The translations under genes and the position numbers were made by a program. The notes beneath the pieces were generated by a model. It was not told the origin of the DNA. It did not search any database and worked only from the letters and a program-made list of their open reading frames with translations. From the NCBI GenBank assembly GCA_041695105.1, contig JBGFRN010000040.1, forward strand, positions 1 to 33,365: a stretch of 33,365 nucleotides of DNA. Direction: 5' to 3'. This DNA comes from Bacillota bacterium. Lineage in GTDB: Bacteria > Bacillota > Sulfobacillia > JAMDAP01 > JAJYMS01. Of the stretch, positions 1-10,943 are shown piece after piece; within the stretch, counting starts at the first letter, position 1, and every line of letters begins with the position of its first letter.

Positions 1-523
1 CGCCGGGCAGGATCGGGCACCCGGTGACCGGGCCCTTGATCGTCTCCAGCCCGGCCAACTTATCCACGTGCCGGCCGGACTGATACCCGAAGCGCCGGGC
101 CAGGCCGACATTTCCCTTGCCAAGGATGGTCACGGCCAGCACCTTCGACTCCATGATCATCTCGTGAGTCAGGTTCTTCTTGTTAATCCCCACCGCCAGG
201 CGGACCGGCTCAGCGTTGATCTGAAAAACGGTGTTGGCTGTCTGGGCGTTGGCCCTTCCCCCGCTGACCGTGCTGACAACATACAGGCCGTAGGTCATAG
301 TCATCAGGGCGTTGTTGACCGGGTCGCGGCTTGTCATCATCGGAGCCAGGATCGGAGAGGACGGGCCCGGGCCGGACATGGCGGGAGCAGCGGGCTCATG
401 GGGTTCGGAGATCTCTTCAAACACCTGGGCCGGCTGGCGGCAGACTGGGCAGATGTCTGGAGGATATTCTCCCTCGTGGATGTAGCCGCAGACGCGGCAA
501 CGCCAGATCTTAGTTGTCTTCAC
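1..523 (-). CDS. Rubredoxin-like domain fused to flavin reductase (flavoredoxin-like) domain; 3' end outside window
   Basis: Hand translation (not in ORF track): GTG at 523 after RBS AGGAGGGG; MKTTKIWRCRVCGYIHEGEYPPDICPVC, Pro/Ala/Ser linker, then TYGLYVVST...NAQTANTVFQI...AVGINKKNLTHEMI...RFGYQSGRHVDK. Confidence 0.9.
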   Translation of the reverse strand, partial: MKTTKIWRCRVCGYIHEGEYPPDICPVCRQPAQVFEEISEPHEPAAPAMSGPGPSSPILAPMMTSRDPVNNALMTMTYGLYVVSTVSGGRANAQTANTVFQINAEPVRLAVGINKKNLTHEMIMESKVLAVTILGKGNVGLARRFGYQSGRHVDKLAGLETIKGPVTGCPILPG

Positions 524-577
524 GAATCTCCCCTCCTGAAAATTTCACTCACTAGCGCCCCGGCAACCGTAGACCCA

Positions 578-682
578 TTAGCCGTAGACCCGGTCGAGCC
601 AGGCCTCTATCGCCGCGCTGACCTCGTCCGGCCGCTCCAGCATCGGCATGTGGCCGGTCTCGGCCAGTTTTAGGGCCTCTTC
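578..682 (-). pseudogene. C-terminal remnant of an alpha/beta hydrolase
   Basis: Translates as [34 protein letters not shown], the typical catalytic-His and final-helix motif. There is no room for the rest of the gene because gyrB ends at 684. Confidence 0.7.
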
Positions 683-683
683 C

Positions 684-2654
<1,971 letters not shown>

Positions 2655-2900
2655 TTAGGTGTTTAGAAAAAATCCGGTCCTTTTCTTTAAAGTGCCGGGG
2701 GAAATCGGAGAGAGATAGGCCCGGGTATCGGTAAGCACCAAGGACTTGGCCGTGCCCGAGGAAATATCCTCAACCAGCCGTCCGGCCCGCAGTGCCGTGA
2801 AGAAATTCTTCGACGACGGGACATCGATCGCCTTAAGGTCGAAAATCCCGATAACCGATTTCCGCTGGATAATGGTATCGCCGCCGAGATGAATAAACAA
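2655..2900 (-). CDS. remB: Extracellular matrix regulator RemB (YaaB/DUF370)
   Basis: MFIHLGGD...IGIFD...YLSPISPGTLKKR; conserved position between recF and gyrB. Confidence 0.9.
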   Translation of the reverse strand: MFIHLGGDTIIQRKSVIGIFDLKAIDVPSSKNFFTALRAGRLVEDISSGTAKSLVLTDTRAYLSPISPGTLKKRTGFFLNT

Positions 2901-2959
2901 TAAAATTCACTCCGGGAGAAAGTTTTCCCAATTACTGACCGCCATTATCTGCGCCGCGG

Positions 2960-4093
2960 TTAGTCCCGCGCAACGACTCCAGCTTTGACGCGGTAGCGGT
3001 TAGCCCGCTCCACCCAGCGTGCGTCAAGATCCTCCAGGCCGGTGGTGGTAACAAAGGTTTGGACTGTCCCACAGACGCCGTCCATCAAGAAGCGGCGGCG
3101 CCCGGCATCTAGCTCGGAAGCAACGTCGTCCAGCAGGAGGATCGGGTTCTCCCCGGCGGCATCGGCCAGAACCCTCAACTCGGCCATCTTGATCGCCAGC
3201 ACGGCCGTCCGCTGCTGTCCCTGTGAGGCGTAGAGCCGGGTGTCCTTGCCGTTAATAAAGACAGCCAAGTCGTCACGGTGGGGTCCGACAACGGTTGCTC
3301 CCCGGGCCAGTTCCTCTGGCCGGCGACGCCGCAGTTCCTCAAGAAACAGTGCCGTTAACCCCTGGGGATCAATCCGGTCGGGGTCGGCAATTCCTTCTGG
3401 CCCACCCGCCTTGACCAAAAGGGAATTCTGGTAAAGGAGGCTTAACTCCTCTCTACCATCGCTCAAGAATGCGTGAAAGGCGGCCGCCCGGGGTTCCATT
3501 TCGCGCACGGCCCTGGCCCGGCGGATGATCAGGCTGGTACCGTGTTGGGCCAGCGGCTGATCCCAGATCTCAAGCATGGCCGGAGCCGCAGGGCCGCGCA
3601 GGAGGGAATTGCGTTGGGCCAGTGCCCGTGTGTATTCCTGCAGGTGGTGGAAATAGGGTGGAGATACCTGGGAGTTCTGGATGTCAACCAGGCGGCGCCG
3701 GTTAGCCGGGGAGCCTTTGAGAAGTTGGAGGTCTTCCGGAGCAAACAGGACCACGTTAAGGCGTCCGATCAGCGAGGAAAGCTTGGGTTCTGATTTGCGG
3801 TTAATTTTAATGGCCTTGCGCTGGCCGAGCCGGTAGGCGATCTCCACCGTCGTCTGGCCGGTCGATTTTTCGAAGTGGCCCCGGACAGTAAAGGCTTCGG
3901 CTCCCCAGTTAATCAGATCCTGATCCCTGGCACCCCGGTGCGACCGACCGGTAGCCAAAAAGAAGAGGGCCTCCAATACATTGGTTTTGCCCTCGGCGTT
4001 ATTCCCGTAAAGGAGGTTGACCCCGGACCCAAAGGCCAGGTCAAGCTCACGGTAGTTGCGGAAGGAATCTAATTGCAGGCGCGTTAGTCGCAA
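2960..4093 (-). CDS. recF: DNA replication/repair protein RecF
   Basis: FRNY, Walker A GNNAEGKTN, GPHRDD, SQGQQR, LLLDD; start moved to TTG at 4093 behind GGGAGG. Confidence 0.96.
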   Translation of the reverse strand: MRLTRLQLDSFRNYRELDLAFGSGVNLLYGNNAEGKTNVLEALFFLATGRSHRGARDQDLINWGAEAFTVRGHFEKSTGQTTVEIAYRLGQRKAIKINRKSEPKLSSLIGRLNVVLFAPEDLQLLKGSPANRRRLVDIQNSQVSPPYFHHLQEYTRALAQRNSLLRGPAAPAMLEIWDQPLAQHGTSLIIRRARAVREMEPRAAAFHAFLSDGREELSLLYQNSLLVKAGGPEGIADPDRIDPQGLTALFLEELRRRRPEELARGATVVGPHRDDLAVFINGKDTRLYASQGQQRTAVLAIKMAELRVLADAAGENPILLLDDVASELDAGRRRFLMDGVCGTVQTFVTTTGLEDLDARWVERANRYRVKAGVVARD

Positions 4094-4118
4094 CCGGGCC
4101 TCCCATGCCAGAGTGGCT

Positions 4119-5228
4119 TTACCAGACGACGATCGGAAGAACAACGTAGAGGTAGTCGTCATTACCAGCAGGTTTCATCCGGGTCGGGGTTCGGTTCCCG
4201 TTGAACTGAAAAATTATTTCCTCGGAATCTATCGAGCGCAGCCCTTCGATCAGGAACCGCGGGTTAAGGCCAATATCAAGCGACGATCCTTCGACAGTCG
4301 CGGCGACCTCCTCGTATACCTGGCCGATTTCTGGCGTGTTCGAGGTGACCACAAGTTTTTCCGGGTTGATGCTCAGCTTAAGAGCGTTGTTGCCGTCGCG
4401 GGTGATCAGCTCGGCCCGCTCACAAGTCTCAAGGAAAACTTGGGTCGAAAGGCGGAGTGAGGTTCCAAATTCGTCAGGAATGAGTCGAAAAACCTCAGGG
4501 TATTGCCCCTCAATCAACCGGGAAATCAGGCGGACGCCATCTAAATCAAAGAAGACCTGGTTTTGGGCCAGGGAAATCTCGACCTTTTTACCAGCCTCGT
4601 CGGACAGCAGGCGCGATAGCTCGCTCAGGGTTCGGCCTGGTATGACCACTCTAGCTTGAGATCCAGTGGAAGACTCAAGCTGACCGCGCCGGTAGGCGAT
4701 GCGGACACCGTCGGTAGCCAGCACCTCGATCTGTGGTGGGGCGAAGTTGAAACTGGCTCCAGTCAAGACTGGGCGGGTCTCATCGTGGGAAACGGCGAAA
4801 GCCGTCTGCCGGATCATGGTCCGAAGCTGGGACTGTTCCATGGTTAAACGGGAGTCGTCGCCCGATTCAGGCAGGTATGGGAACTGCTCGGCTGAGGAGC
4901 CATGGATGGTATATTGGGACTTGTCCCAACGGATCAGGGCGGTAAAATTGTTTGGGTCCACCTCGACTTGAACCGTACCCATTGGCAGGCGCCGGACGAT
5001 TTCGGTCAGGTAACGAGCCGGCAAGACGACCTCACCCGGCTCTTCAATTTGAGCCGGAACCGAGGCGACAATCCCAATTTCAAGGTTGGTCGCCGCTAGC
5101 TTGAGTCGGTGTTCGCCGGATTTTATCAAAATTCCTGACAGGATGGGCAGCGTGTTTCGACTTGAAACCGCTTTGGCCGCTAAGGCCAGACCCTGGGCCA
5201 GATCAACTTGAGATGCGGTAAATTTCAA
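4119..5228 (-). CDS. dnaN: DNA polymerase III beta sliding clamp
   Basis: LPILSG, ATNLE, ETRPVLTG, ATDG, RLIEGQYP; follows dnaA. Confidence 0.98.
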   Translation of the reverse strand: MKFTASQVDLAQGLALAAKAVSSRNTLPILSGILIKSGEHRLKLAATNLEIGIVASVPAQIEEPGEVVLPARYLTEIVRRLPMGTVQVEVDPNNFTALIRWDKSQYTIHGSSAEQFPYLPESGDDSRLTMEQSQLRTMIRQTAFAVSHDETRPVLTGASFNFAPPQIEVLATDGVRIAYRRGQLESSTGSQARVVIPGRTLSELSRLLSDEAGKKVEISLAQNQVFFDLDGVRLISRLIEGQYPEVFRLIPDEFGTSLRLSTQVFLETCERAELITRDGNNALKLSINPEKLVVTSNTPEIGQVYEEVAATVEGSSLDIGLNPRFLIEGLRSIDSEEIIFQFNGNRTPTRMKPAGNDDYLYVVLPIVVW

Positions 5229-5511
5229 GACTATAACCTCCTCCGGGTTGGAGTGATCACGAACTTGGGGAAATTTTATCCTAAAGAAAAAGGGAGGCAG
5301 TAGTAATAGTCATAGTAGTTGTGGATTTGTGGGAATCTGGCCGGAATAGGCGATTGGAGCGGGTTTAAGGGGAGGCATAAGCTGTGTATAAGTCGGATCC
5401 ACCTATCCACATGACTTTGTCGAAATGTGGGGAATGGAGTTACCTACAGGATATCTACAGCTTACCCCAAGGATATCCAGAGGAAATCCCTAGGTTTAAT
5501 CACAGAGGAAG
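5229..5511. other. oriC, dnaA-dnaN segment (DnaA boxes and DnaA-trio unwinding element)
   Basis: Perfect box TGTGTATAA 5383-5391, CTATCCACA 5403-5411, several degenerate boxes; tandem degenerate boxes 5320-5336 next to TAG-type trios 5298-5318. Confidence 0.9.
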
Positions 5512-6870
5512 TTACTCAGATTTAAGCTTGGCCGAAAGTTGCCTGACGGTGGCTGCCAGGAAGGGATCGGCCTTGATATCTGAGGAGATCTTATCGCAGG
5601 CATGGATGACGGTGGTATGGTCACGGCCGCCGAATTCTTCCCCGATCTTAGGAAGCGAGGCATCGGTAAGCTCGCGGGCTAGATACATGGCTACCTGACG
5701 GGGAAAGGCCACGGCGCGGGTGCGCTTGCGAACCTTAAAATCCTCCAGGCGCATCCCGTAATGCTCGGCCACTGCCTGCTGGATTATTGCAATGGTTAAC
5801 TGTTTGGGGTGGTTATTTGAAAGAATATCCTTGAGCGCCTCGGCAGCGCTTTCCAGATTAACTGGACTCCCGGAGTAAGAAGTGTAGGCGAAGAGGCGGG
5901 TAAGGGCTCCCTCAAGCTCACGAATGTTGGTCTCAATGCGAGAGGCGACCCAAGCCAGGACGTCGTCGCTCACCTGAAGGCGCTCGGTCTGGCATTTCTT
6001 GCGTAGGATAGCAATTCTCGTTTCAAGGTCGGGCGGCTGAATATCACAGATCAGGCCCCACTCAAACCGGGAGCGCAGGCGTTCCTCCAGGGTCGGGATT
6101 TCTTTGGGCGGTCGGTCGGAGTTAATAACGACCTGCTTGTGTGCCTCGTGGATGGCGTTGAAGGTGTGGTAGAATTCCTCCTGGGTCCGCTCCTTACCGG
6201 CCAAAAACTGAATATCGTCGATTAGCAGGATGTCAACGTTGCGGTAGCGGTTTTGAAATTCAACTGTTTTGTTGTCCCGAAGGCTATTGATGAACTCATT
6301 GGTGAAAGTTTCAGATGAGAGATAGGCAATCTTGGTGGCTGGATTTTGTGAAAGAACAAAATGCCCGATAGCATGCATCAGATGGGTCTTGCCCAAACCA
6401 ACCCCGCCATAAATAAAGAGGGGATTATAGGCCCGGGCCGGGGTCTCGGCCACCGCCAGCGAGGCGGCATGGGCAAATCGGTTGGAATTGCCGACTACAA
6501 AGGTTTCAAAAGTATATTTTGGGTTAAGCGGCTTGAAGCTAGGGTCTCCATTATGGACCAGGGCGCCCGCGGCCGAGGTGGCTGCCAGTTCCTCGTAGGC
6601 CGAAAAATCGCTGGGGATAAACGAAGGCAACACAAATGAGACCCGCAGATCCCGGCCGGAGACCGTTCGGAGGGCCTGCCTCAGGGTTTCATTGTAATGG
6701 CTCTCCAGGCGGTTCTTGGCCAGGTCGTTCGGGGCCCCGATAATAATCGAATCCTCATAAAAGGCCATCGGACGCGCCGGCTTGACCCAGGTTTCAAAAC
6801 TCGGCCGAGGAATCTCTTTTTCGACTAAATCCAGCACTTTAGCCCAAAGAGCGGAGAGGTCCATTTTCAT
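5512..6870 (-). CDS. dnaA: Chromosomal replication initiator DnaA
   Basis: [46 protein letters not shown]. Confidence 0.99.
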   Translation of the reverse strand: MKMDLSALWAKVLDLVEKEIPRPSFETWVKPARPMAFYEDSIIIGAPNDLAKNRLESHYNETLRQALRTVSGRDLRVSFVLPSFIPSDFSAYEELAATSAAGALVHNGDPSFKPLNPKYTFETFVVGNSNRFAHAASLAVAETPARAYNPLFIYGGVGLGKTHLMHAIGHFVLSQNPATKIAYLSSETFTNEFINSLRDNKTVEFQNRYRNVDILLIDDIQFLAGKERTQEEFYHTFNAIHEAHKQVVINSDRPPKEIPTLEERLRSRFEWGLICDIQPPDLETRIAILRKKCQTERLQVSDDVLAWVASRIETNIRELEGALTRLFAYTSYSGSPVNLESAAEALKDILSNNHPKQLTIAIIQQAVAEHYGMRLEDFKVRKRTRAVAFPRQVAMYLARELTDASLPKIGEEFGGRDHTTVIHACDKISSDIKADPFLAATVRQLSAKLKSE

Positions 6871-7247
6871 GACTAAAGGAATAGGCCTCCTCCAGAGTCA
6901 AGATTGGCTGTGGATAAATACCTACCGGCCGTTTAGGTTGCGGGGGGGCATTTTGTAGTAAAAGATTTAACTATTCAGCCCGTGAATAAAGGGGGACTTG
7001 ACAGCCGAAACCTTCGTGGATACCGAATCTTGATCTTGTCCAGCTTAAGAAGGAGCATGCAATGATCTTGAAGATATCAAGAGTTGGTTATAACGTACCA
7101 ACAAATTATTAACAGGGATATGCACAGACTGTTGATAAAATATGGCCGCCAGTCAAACGACCGCGACCGCTAAAATCATAGCAAAATCTTGGGGGTTTAT
7201 CAACAGATCTCCTGAGGTTGATCGCATGTAGAGAGAAAGGATTTTTC
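6871..7247. other. oriC, rpmH-dnaA segment (DnaA-box cluster)
   Basis: Perfect TGTGGATAA 6909-6917; near-consensus TTATTAACA 7106-7114, ATATGCACA 7118-7126, TGTTGATAA 7130-7138, TTATCAACA 7197-7205; AT-rich. Confidence 0.85.
7175..7203 (-). promoter_or_regulatory. sigmaA-type dnaA promoter overlapped by a DnaA box
   Basis: Minus strand TTGATA-N17-TATGAT with extended TG; -35 overlaps TTATCAACA. Confidence 0.7.
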
Positions 7248-7277
7248 TTGACAGTGAGGAAACGACCAAGATATAAT
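7248..7277 (+). promoter_or_regulatory. sigmaA promoter of rpmH operon
   Basis: TTGACA-N18-TATAAT with consensus hexamers. Confidence 0.85.
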
Positions 7278-7312
7278 TTTCTCTGACTCTGCCGCTCAAG
7301 GGGGTGCCTTCA

Positions 7313-7447
7313 TTGAAAAGGACATACCAGCCAAAAGTCCGTAAACGCCAGCGCGTTCACGGTTTTCGCAAGAGAATGAGAACCAGGGGTGGACGTAAGG
7401 TGCTCAAGCTCCGGCGGCTAAAAGGGAGAAAGATTCTTTCAGCTTAA
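7313..7447 (+). CDS. rpmH: 50S ribosomal protein L34
   Basis: Hand translation [44 protein letters not shown] (44 aa, TTG start; not in ORF track). Confidence 0.98.
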   Translation: MKRTYQPKVRKRQRVHGFRKRMRTRGGRKVLKLRRLKGRKILSA

Positions 7448-7475
7448 GGCCGCGCGCTCGTGGCCTCCTTTTTTT
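7447..7475 (+). terminator. Intrinsic terminator-like hairpin after rpmH
   Basis: GGCCGCG-cgct-CGTGGCC followed by TCC and T7. Confidence 0.65.
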
Positions 7476-7495
7476 CGTGTATTTCCGGGGGTGAA

Positions 7496-7843
7496 TTGGC
7501 GGCGGAAGTATTGTCTTTAAAACGAAAGAGTGACTTCCGCCGGATATTTGACGCTAGCAACTCGACTGCTAACCGCCTAGTGGTGGTTCGGTGGGTCAGA
7601 GATGAATGCGGAGTTCCTCAGGTCGCGATCGTCGTTTCAAAGCGCAACGGGGGAGCGGTCGTTCGGAACCGGATCCGGCGCCGGCTGCGAGAGGCTCTTA
7701 GGCAGCAGCCGGGGTCGTTGGTTTCCGGAACTAAGGCGGTGCTCCTTCCCCGAGGTGGTGTTGGCCTGGCACCTTTCAACGATATCCGATCGGCCGTCTG
7801 CGATGCCCTGACCCGGAGCGGGCTGTTGGTGAATCTAAAATGA
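7496..7843 (+). CDS. rnpA: Ribonuclease P protein component
   Basis: [27 protein letters not shown] (RNR motif); start placed at TTG 7496 behind GGGGGTG. Confidence 0.93.
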   Translation: MAAEVLSLKRKSDFRRIFDASNSTANRLVVVRWVRDECGVPQVAIVVSKRNGGAVVRNRIRRRLREALRQQPGSLVSGTKAVLLPRGGVGLAPFNDIRSAVCDALTRSGLLVNLK

Positions 7844-8049
7844 CGCGGATCTTAGAAGCAATCATTGTCGTTTATCGCCGGTTGCTATCTCCGCTCAAGG
7901 GGCCTACCTGCCGGTTTTACCCGAGCTGCTCGGCCTACGCTCTGGAGGCGGTGCGCCGGCACGGCGGCTGGAAGGGCGGCCGGATGGCCGTTTTCCGGAT
8001 CCTCAGGTGCCATCCCTTACATCCTGGGGGCTATGACCCAGTTCCTTAG
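7840..8049 (+). CDS. yidD: Membrane protein insertion efficiency factor YidD
   Basis: [10 protein letters not shown]...[17 protein letters not shown]. Confidence 0.96.
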   Translation: MTRILEAIIVVYRRLLSPLKGPTCRFYPSCSAYALEAVRRHGGWKGGRMAVFRILRCHPLHPGGYDPVP

Positions 8050-8056
8050 CGAGGTT

Positions 8057-8085
8057 CTGCGTCCCGCCTTTTCTTGTGGTATAAT
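8057..8085 (+). promoter_or_regulatory. Internal extended -10 promoter for yidC-jag
   Basis: TGgTATAAT 8077-8085, with CTGCGT 17 bp upstream of the -10 hexamer. Confidence 0.55.
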
Positions 8086-8139
8086 TCGGAGGTAAAAGCG
8101 GGAAATTTAGGCGGGAGAGGGCAAAGGAGGCCTACCTTT

Positions 8140-8799
8140 TTGGATTTTCTGGTGTCCACGTTGCAGAATGTCCTGGGCTTTTTTTATTCCATCAGCGGTA
8201 ATTATGGAATAGCCATCATCCTGTTGACTATCGCTGTAAAGATTGTTTTGTTGCCCTTTAACGTCAGCCAAATGAAAGCCTCTCGCAAGATGCAGGAGGT
8301 CGCCCCCAGGATCAAAGAACTTCAGAAAAAATACAAAAATGACCAGCAGCGGGTCAACCAGGAGACCATGGCTCTATATAAGGAACATGGAGTCAACCCG
8401 GTTATGGGGTGCCTGCCAATCCTGCTTCAACTGCCGATTCTATTCGCCCTATTTCAGGCACTTCAAGCACCAATTTACACATCAACGCCGATGTTTCTTG
8501 GGCTTAACCTGAGCCTCCCGAGCGCTGAGCAGGGTGCCATGGCCCTGGGGTGGCCTTATTTGATTCTCCCGCTTCTGGCGGCGGTTACTACCTACCTTCA
8601 GACTGTGGTGACCATGCCACCGTCCGATGATCCTACCCAGAAGATGATGCTCTACTTCATCCCGCCGATGATCGGCTGGTTCAGCCTGCAGTTTTCCTCC
8701 GGATTGTCGCTTTATTGGGTGGTGTCCAACGTGGTTAGCATCGTTCAGGGCTACCTGACGCCCAAGGCCAAAGCGCCGCCGGTTGGGGGTAGCGCATAG
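8140..8799 (+). CDS. yidC: YidC/Oxa1/SpoIIIJ membrane protein insertase
   Basis: YGIAIILLTI, ETMALYKEHGVNP.GCLPILLQLPI, GLSLYW; TTG start behind AAGGAGG. Confidence 0.95.
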   Translation: MDFLVSTLQNVLGFFYSISGNYGIAIILLTIAVKIVLLPFNVSQMKASRKMQEVAPRIKELQKKYKNDQQRVNQETMALYKEHGVNPVMGCLPILLQLPILFALFQALQAPIYTSTPMFLGLNLSLPSAEQGAMALGWPYLILPLLAAVTTYLQTVVTMPPSDDPTQKMMLYFIPPMIGWFSLQFSSGLSLYWVVSNVVSIVQGYLTPKAKAPPVGGSA

Positions 8800-9422
8800 T
8801 GATGAAGACAGTAGAAAAAAAAGGCAGGACAGTCGATGAGGCGGTCACTGTTGCCCTTGAGGAGTTGGGGGTCTCCCGGGAGCAGGTCACCATTGAGATC
8901 CTAGAGGAGCCGAACAAGTGGCTGTTCGGTATTATCGGAGGCAAAGACGCCAGGGTTAGGGTGACCTGGGCTCCTTCTAAGGAAGATGCGGCCCGGGATC
9001 TGATCGAGCGGGTGGCCGCGGCGATGGGGCTTGAGGTCGGGATCGATACCACCGGGGACGATGAGTACATCAAATTCGACGTGACCGGAGCCGGCGTGGG
9101 GATGTTGATCGGGCATCATGGCCAGACGCTGGAGGCCCTGCAGTACCTGGTCAACCTGGCCGCTTCGAGGAACTCCGCCGACCGGAGGAGGATCATCCTC
9201 GATGTCGAGGGGTACCGTAAGAGACGGGAGGAAACCCTCCGCAATCTGGCGTCCAGAATGGCCGAACGGGTACGGCGTTCCGGGCAGGCGGTCACGCTGG
9301 AGCCGATGACGGCTCAAGAGCGGCGGGTGATCCATCTGGCCCTGCAAGACCATCCTGAGGTCGAGACCAGGAGCCAGGGCGAGGATCCTTTTCGCAAGGT
9401 CATTATTAGCAGCCGGGCTTAA
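8799..9422 (+). CDS. jag: RNA-binding protein Jag/EloR (KhpB)
   Basis: Jag_N GRTVDEA, KH LIGHHGQTLEALQYL, R3H ERRVIH. Confidence 0.96.
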   Translation: MMKTVEKKGRTVDEAVTVALEELGVSREQVTIEILEEPNKWLFGIIGGKDARVRVTWAPSKEDAARDLIERVAAAMGLEVGIDTTGDDEYIKFDVTGAGVGMLIGHHGQTLEALQYLVNLAASRNSADRRRIILDVEGYRKRREETLRNLASRMAERVRRSGQAVTLEPMTAQERRVIHLALQDHPEVETRSQGEDPFRKVIISSRA

Positions 9423-9437
9423 GGCGGGCTTGCAACC

Positions 9438-9465
9438 AGGACCACCCGTGCAGGGTGGTCTTTGT
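9438..9465 (+). terminator. Terminator-like hairpin after jag
   Basis: GACCACCC-gtgca-GGGTGGTC followed by TTTGT. Confidence 0.55.
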
Positions 9466-9518
9466 GTCGGCCGCACCTTTCGCCATCCATGGCTCGGTGC
9501 CAAAGGAGTTGAGAGGCA

Positions 9519-10931
9519 TTGGATGATACCATTGCGGCGCTGGCTACGGCACCGGGCGAGGCCGCCCTGGCACTAATTCGTGTCTCCGGGCCGCAGGCGG
9601 TGACCCTGGCCGCACGGGTCTTTCGCCCGGGGCCGGGCCGCCGCCGGGCAACCCCGGAGGAACTCTCAGAGAGCCATCGGGTTCACTACGGCTGGATCGC
9701 CGCTCCTTCCGGGGAGTTCTCCGGGGAGCTGGTCGACGAGGTTCTGCTGACCGTGATGCGGGCGCCCCGCACCTTTACCCGCGAGGATACGGTCGAGATC
9801 ACCTGCCACGGCGGTCCCGCTGCCGTCCGTGGGGTGCTTAGGGCGCTGTTCGAATCTGGAGCCAGGCCGGCCGAGCCTGGTGAGTTCACCAAGCGCGCTT
9901 TCCTCAACGGACGCCTCGACCTATCCCAGGCCGAGGCGGTGATGGATTTGATCCGGGCCCGGACTGACCTGAGCCGCCGCGCGGTCGCTCGGGGGCTAAT
10001 CGGTGATCTGGCGGGGCGTTGCCGGGAGCTTTCCGGCCGCCTGACCTCGCTGCTGGCTGAACTTGAGGCCCGTATCGACTATCCGGAGGACGACCTGGGA
10101 GATTTGGACTCGGGGCCATGGGTCGAAGCAATTCGTTCGGTGGCGGCCGAATGCCGCCGGCTGCTGGCCACGGCCGGCCGGGGGCGGATCATTCGCCAGG
10201 GTTTGAGAACGGTCATAGCCGGCAAGCCTAACGCCGGGAAGTCGTCGCTGATGAACGCGCTCTTGAGGCGGCGACGGGCCATTGTCAGCGACCTACCCGG
10301 CACAACCCGTGATTTTCTTGAGGAATCGGCCAATCTGGGCGGGGTTCCAGTGGTGTTGGTCGATACGGCCGGCCTTAGACAGACCGAGGATCAGGTCGAG
10401 CAGATTGGCTTGGAGATGGCCCGGGAGTTAATCGAAGGGGCGGACTTGATCCTGGCCGTTCTGGATGACACTACGGGCATTGAAACGCAGGATATTGTGA
10501 TCTTGGAGGAGCTGCGTTCTGGCGCCTCCGGCCGCCGGATGGCGGTTTTGATCAATAAACTGGACCGGCGCTGTGGCAAGATCGATCCAGCTCAGGCATC
10601 CGGGCTGGTTCCCGGGGCCGAGATCATCGGTGTCTCGGCCGTCTCAGGCGAGGGGCTCGGCCAGGTTGAGGAGTTAGTGGCCCGAATGGCCCTGGATGGG
10701 TCTGGGGGCGAGGATGAGGTTCTGCTGGCCAACGCCCGGCAGGAATCCGCTGTCCGTAGAGCGGCCGGAGCGATCGAGGAAGCTCTGCAGGGTATGACCC
10801 AGGGTTGGCCGGTCGATTTGGCGGCTGTTGATCTGCGTGAGGGCCTGGCCGCGCTGGGTGAAATTACCGGCGAGACGGTCTCCGAAGCCGTGGTTGACGA
10901 GATCTTCAGGCGGTTTTGCTTGGGGAAGTGA
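9519..10931 (+). CDS. mnmE: tRNA modification GTPase MnmE/TrmE
   Basis: DTIAALAT, GEFTKRAFLNG, GKPNAGKSS, GTTRD, DTAG, FCLGK C-terminus. Confidence 0.98.
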   Translation: MDDTIAALATAPGEAALALIRVSGPQAVTLAARVFRPGPGRRRATPEELSESHRVHYGWIAAPSGEFSGELVDEVLLTVMRAPRTFTREDTVEITCHGGPAAVRGVLRALFESGARPAEPGEFTKRAFLNGRLDLSQAEAVMDLIRARTDLSRRAVARGLIGDLAGRCRELSGRLTSLLAELEARIDYPEDDLGDLDSGPWVEAIRSVAAECRRLLATAGRGRIIRQGLRTVIAGKPNAGKSSLMNALLRRRRAIVSDLPGTTRDFLEESANLGGVPVVLVDTAGLRQTEDQVEQIGLEMARELIEGADLILAVLDDTTGIETQDIVILEELRSGASGRRMAVLINKLDRRCGKIDPAQASGLVPGAEIIGVSAVSGEGLGQVEELVARMALDGSGGEDEVLLANARQESAVRRAAGAIEEALQGMTQGWPVDLAAVDLREGLAALGEITGETVSEAVVDEIFRRFCLGK

Positions 10932-10943
10932 GGTCTATGCGCC

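Noticed and set aside
4094-4162. N-terminal extensions in the ORF track (recF from 4162; also rnpA 7460, yidC 8074, parA 13299, DUF951 23557, purA 29854)
   Set aside because: They overlap upstream genes, promoters or terminators; downstream starts with an RBS match the family N-termini
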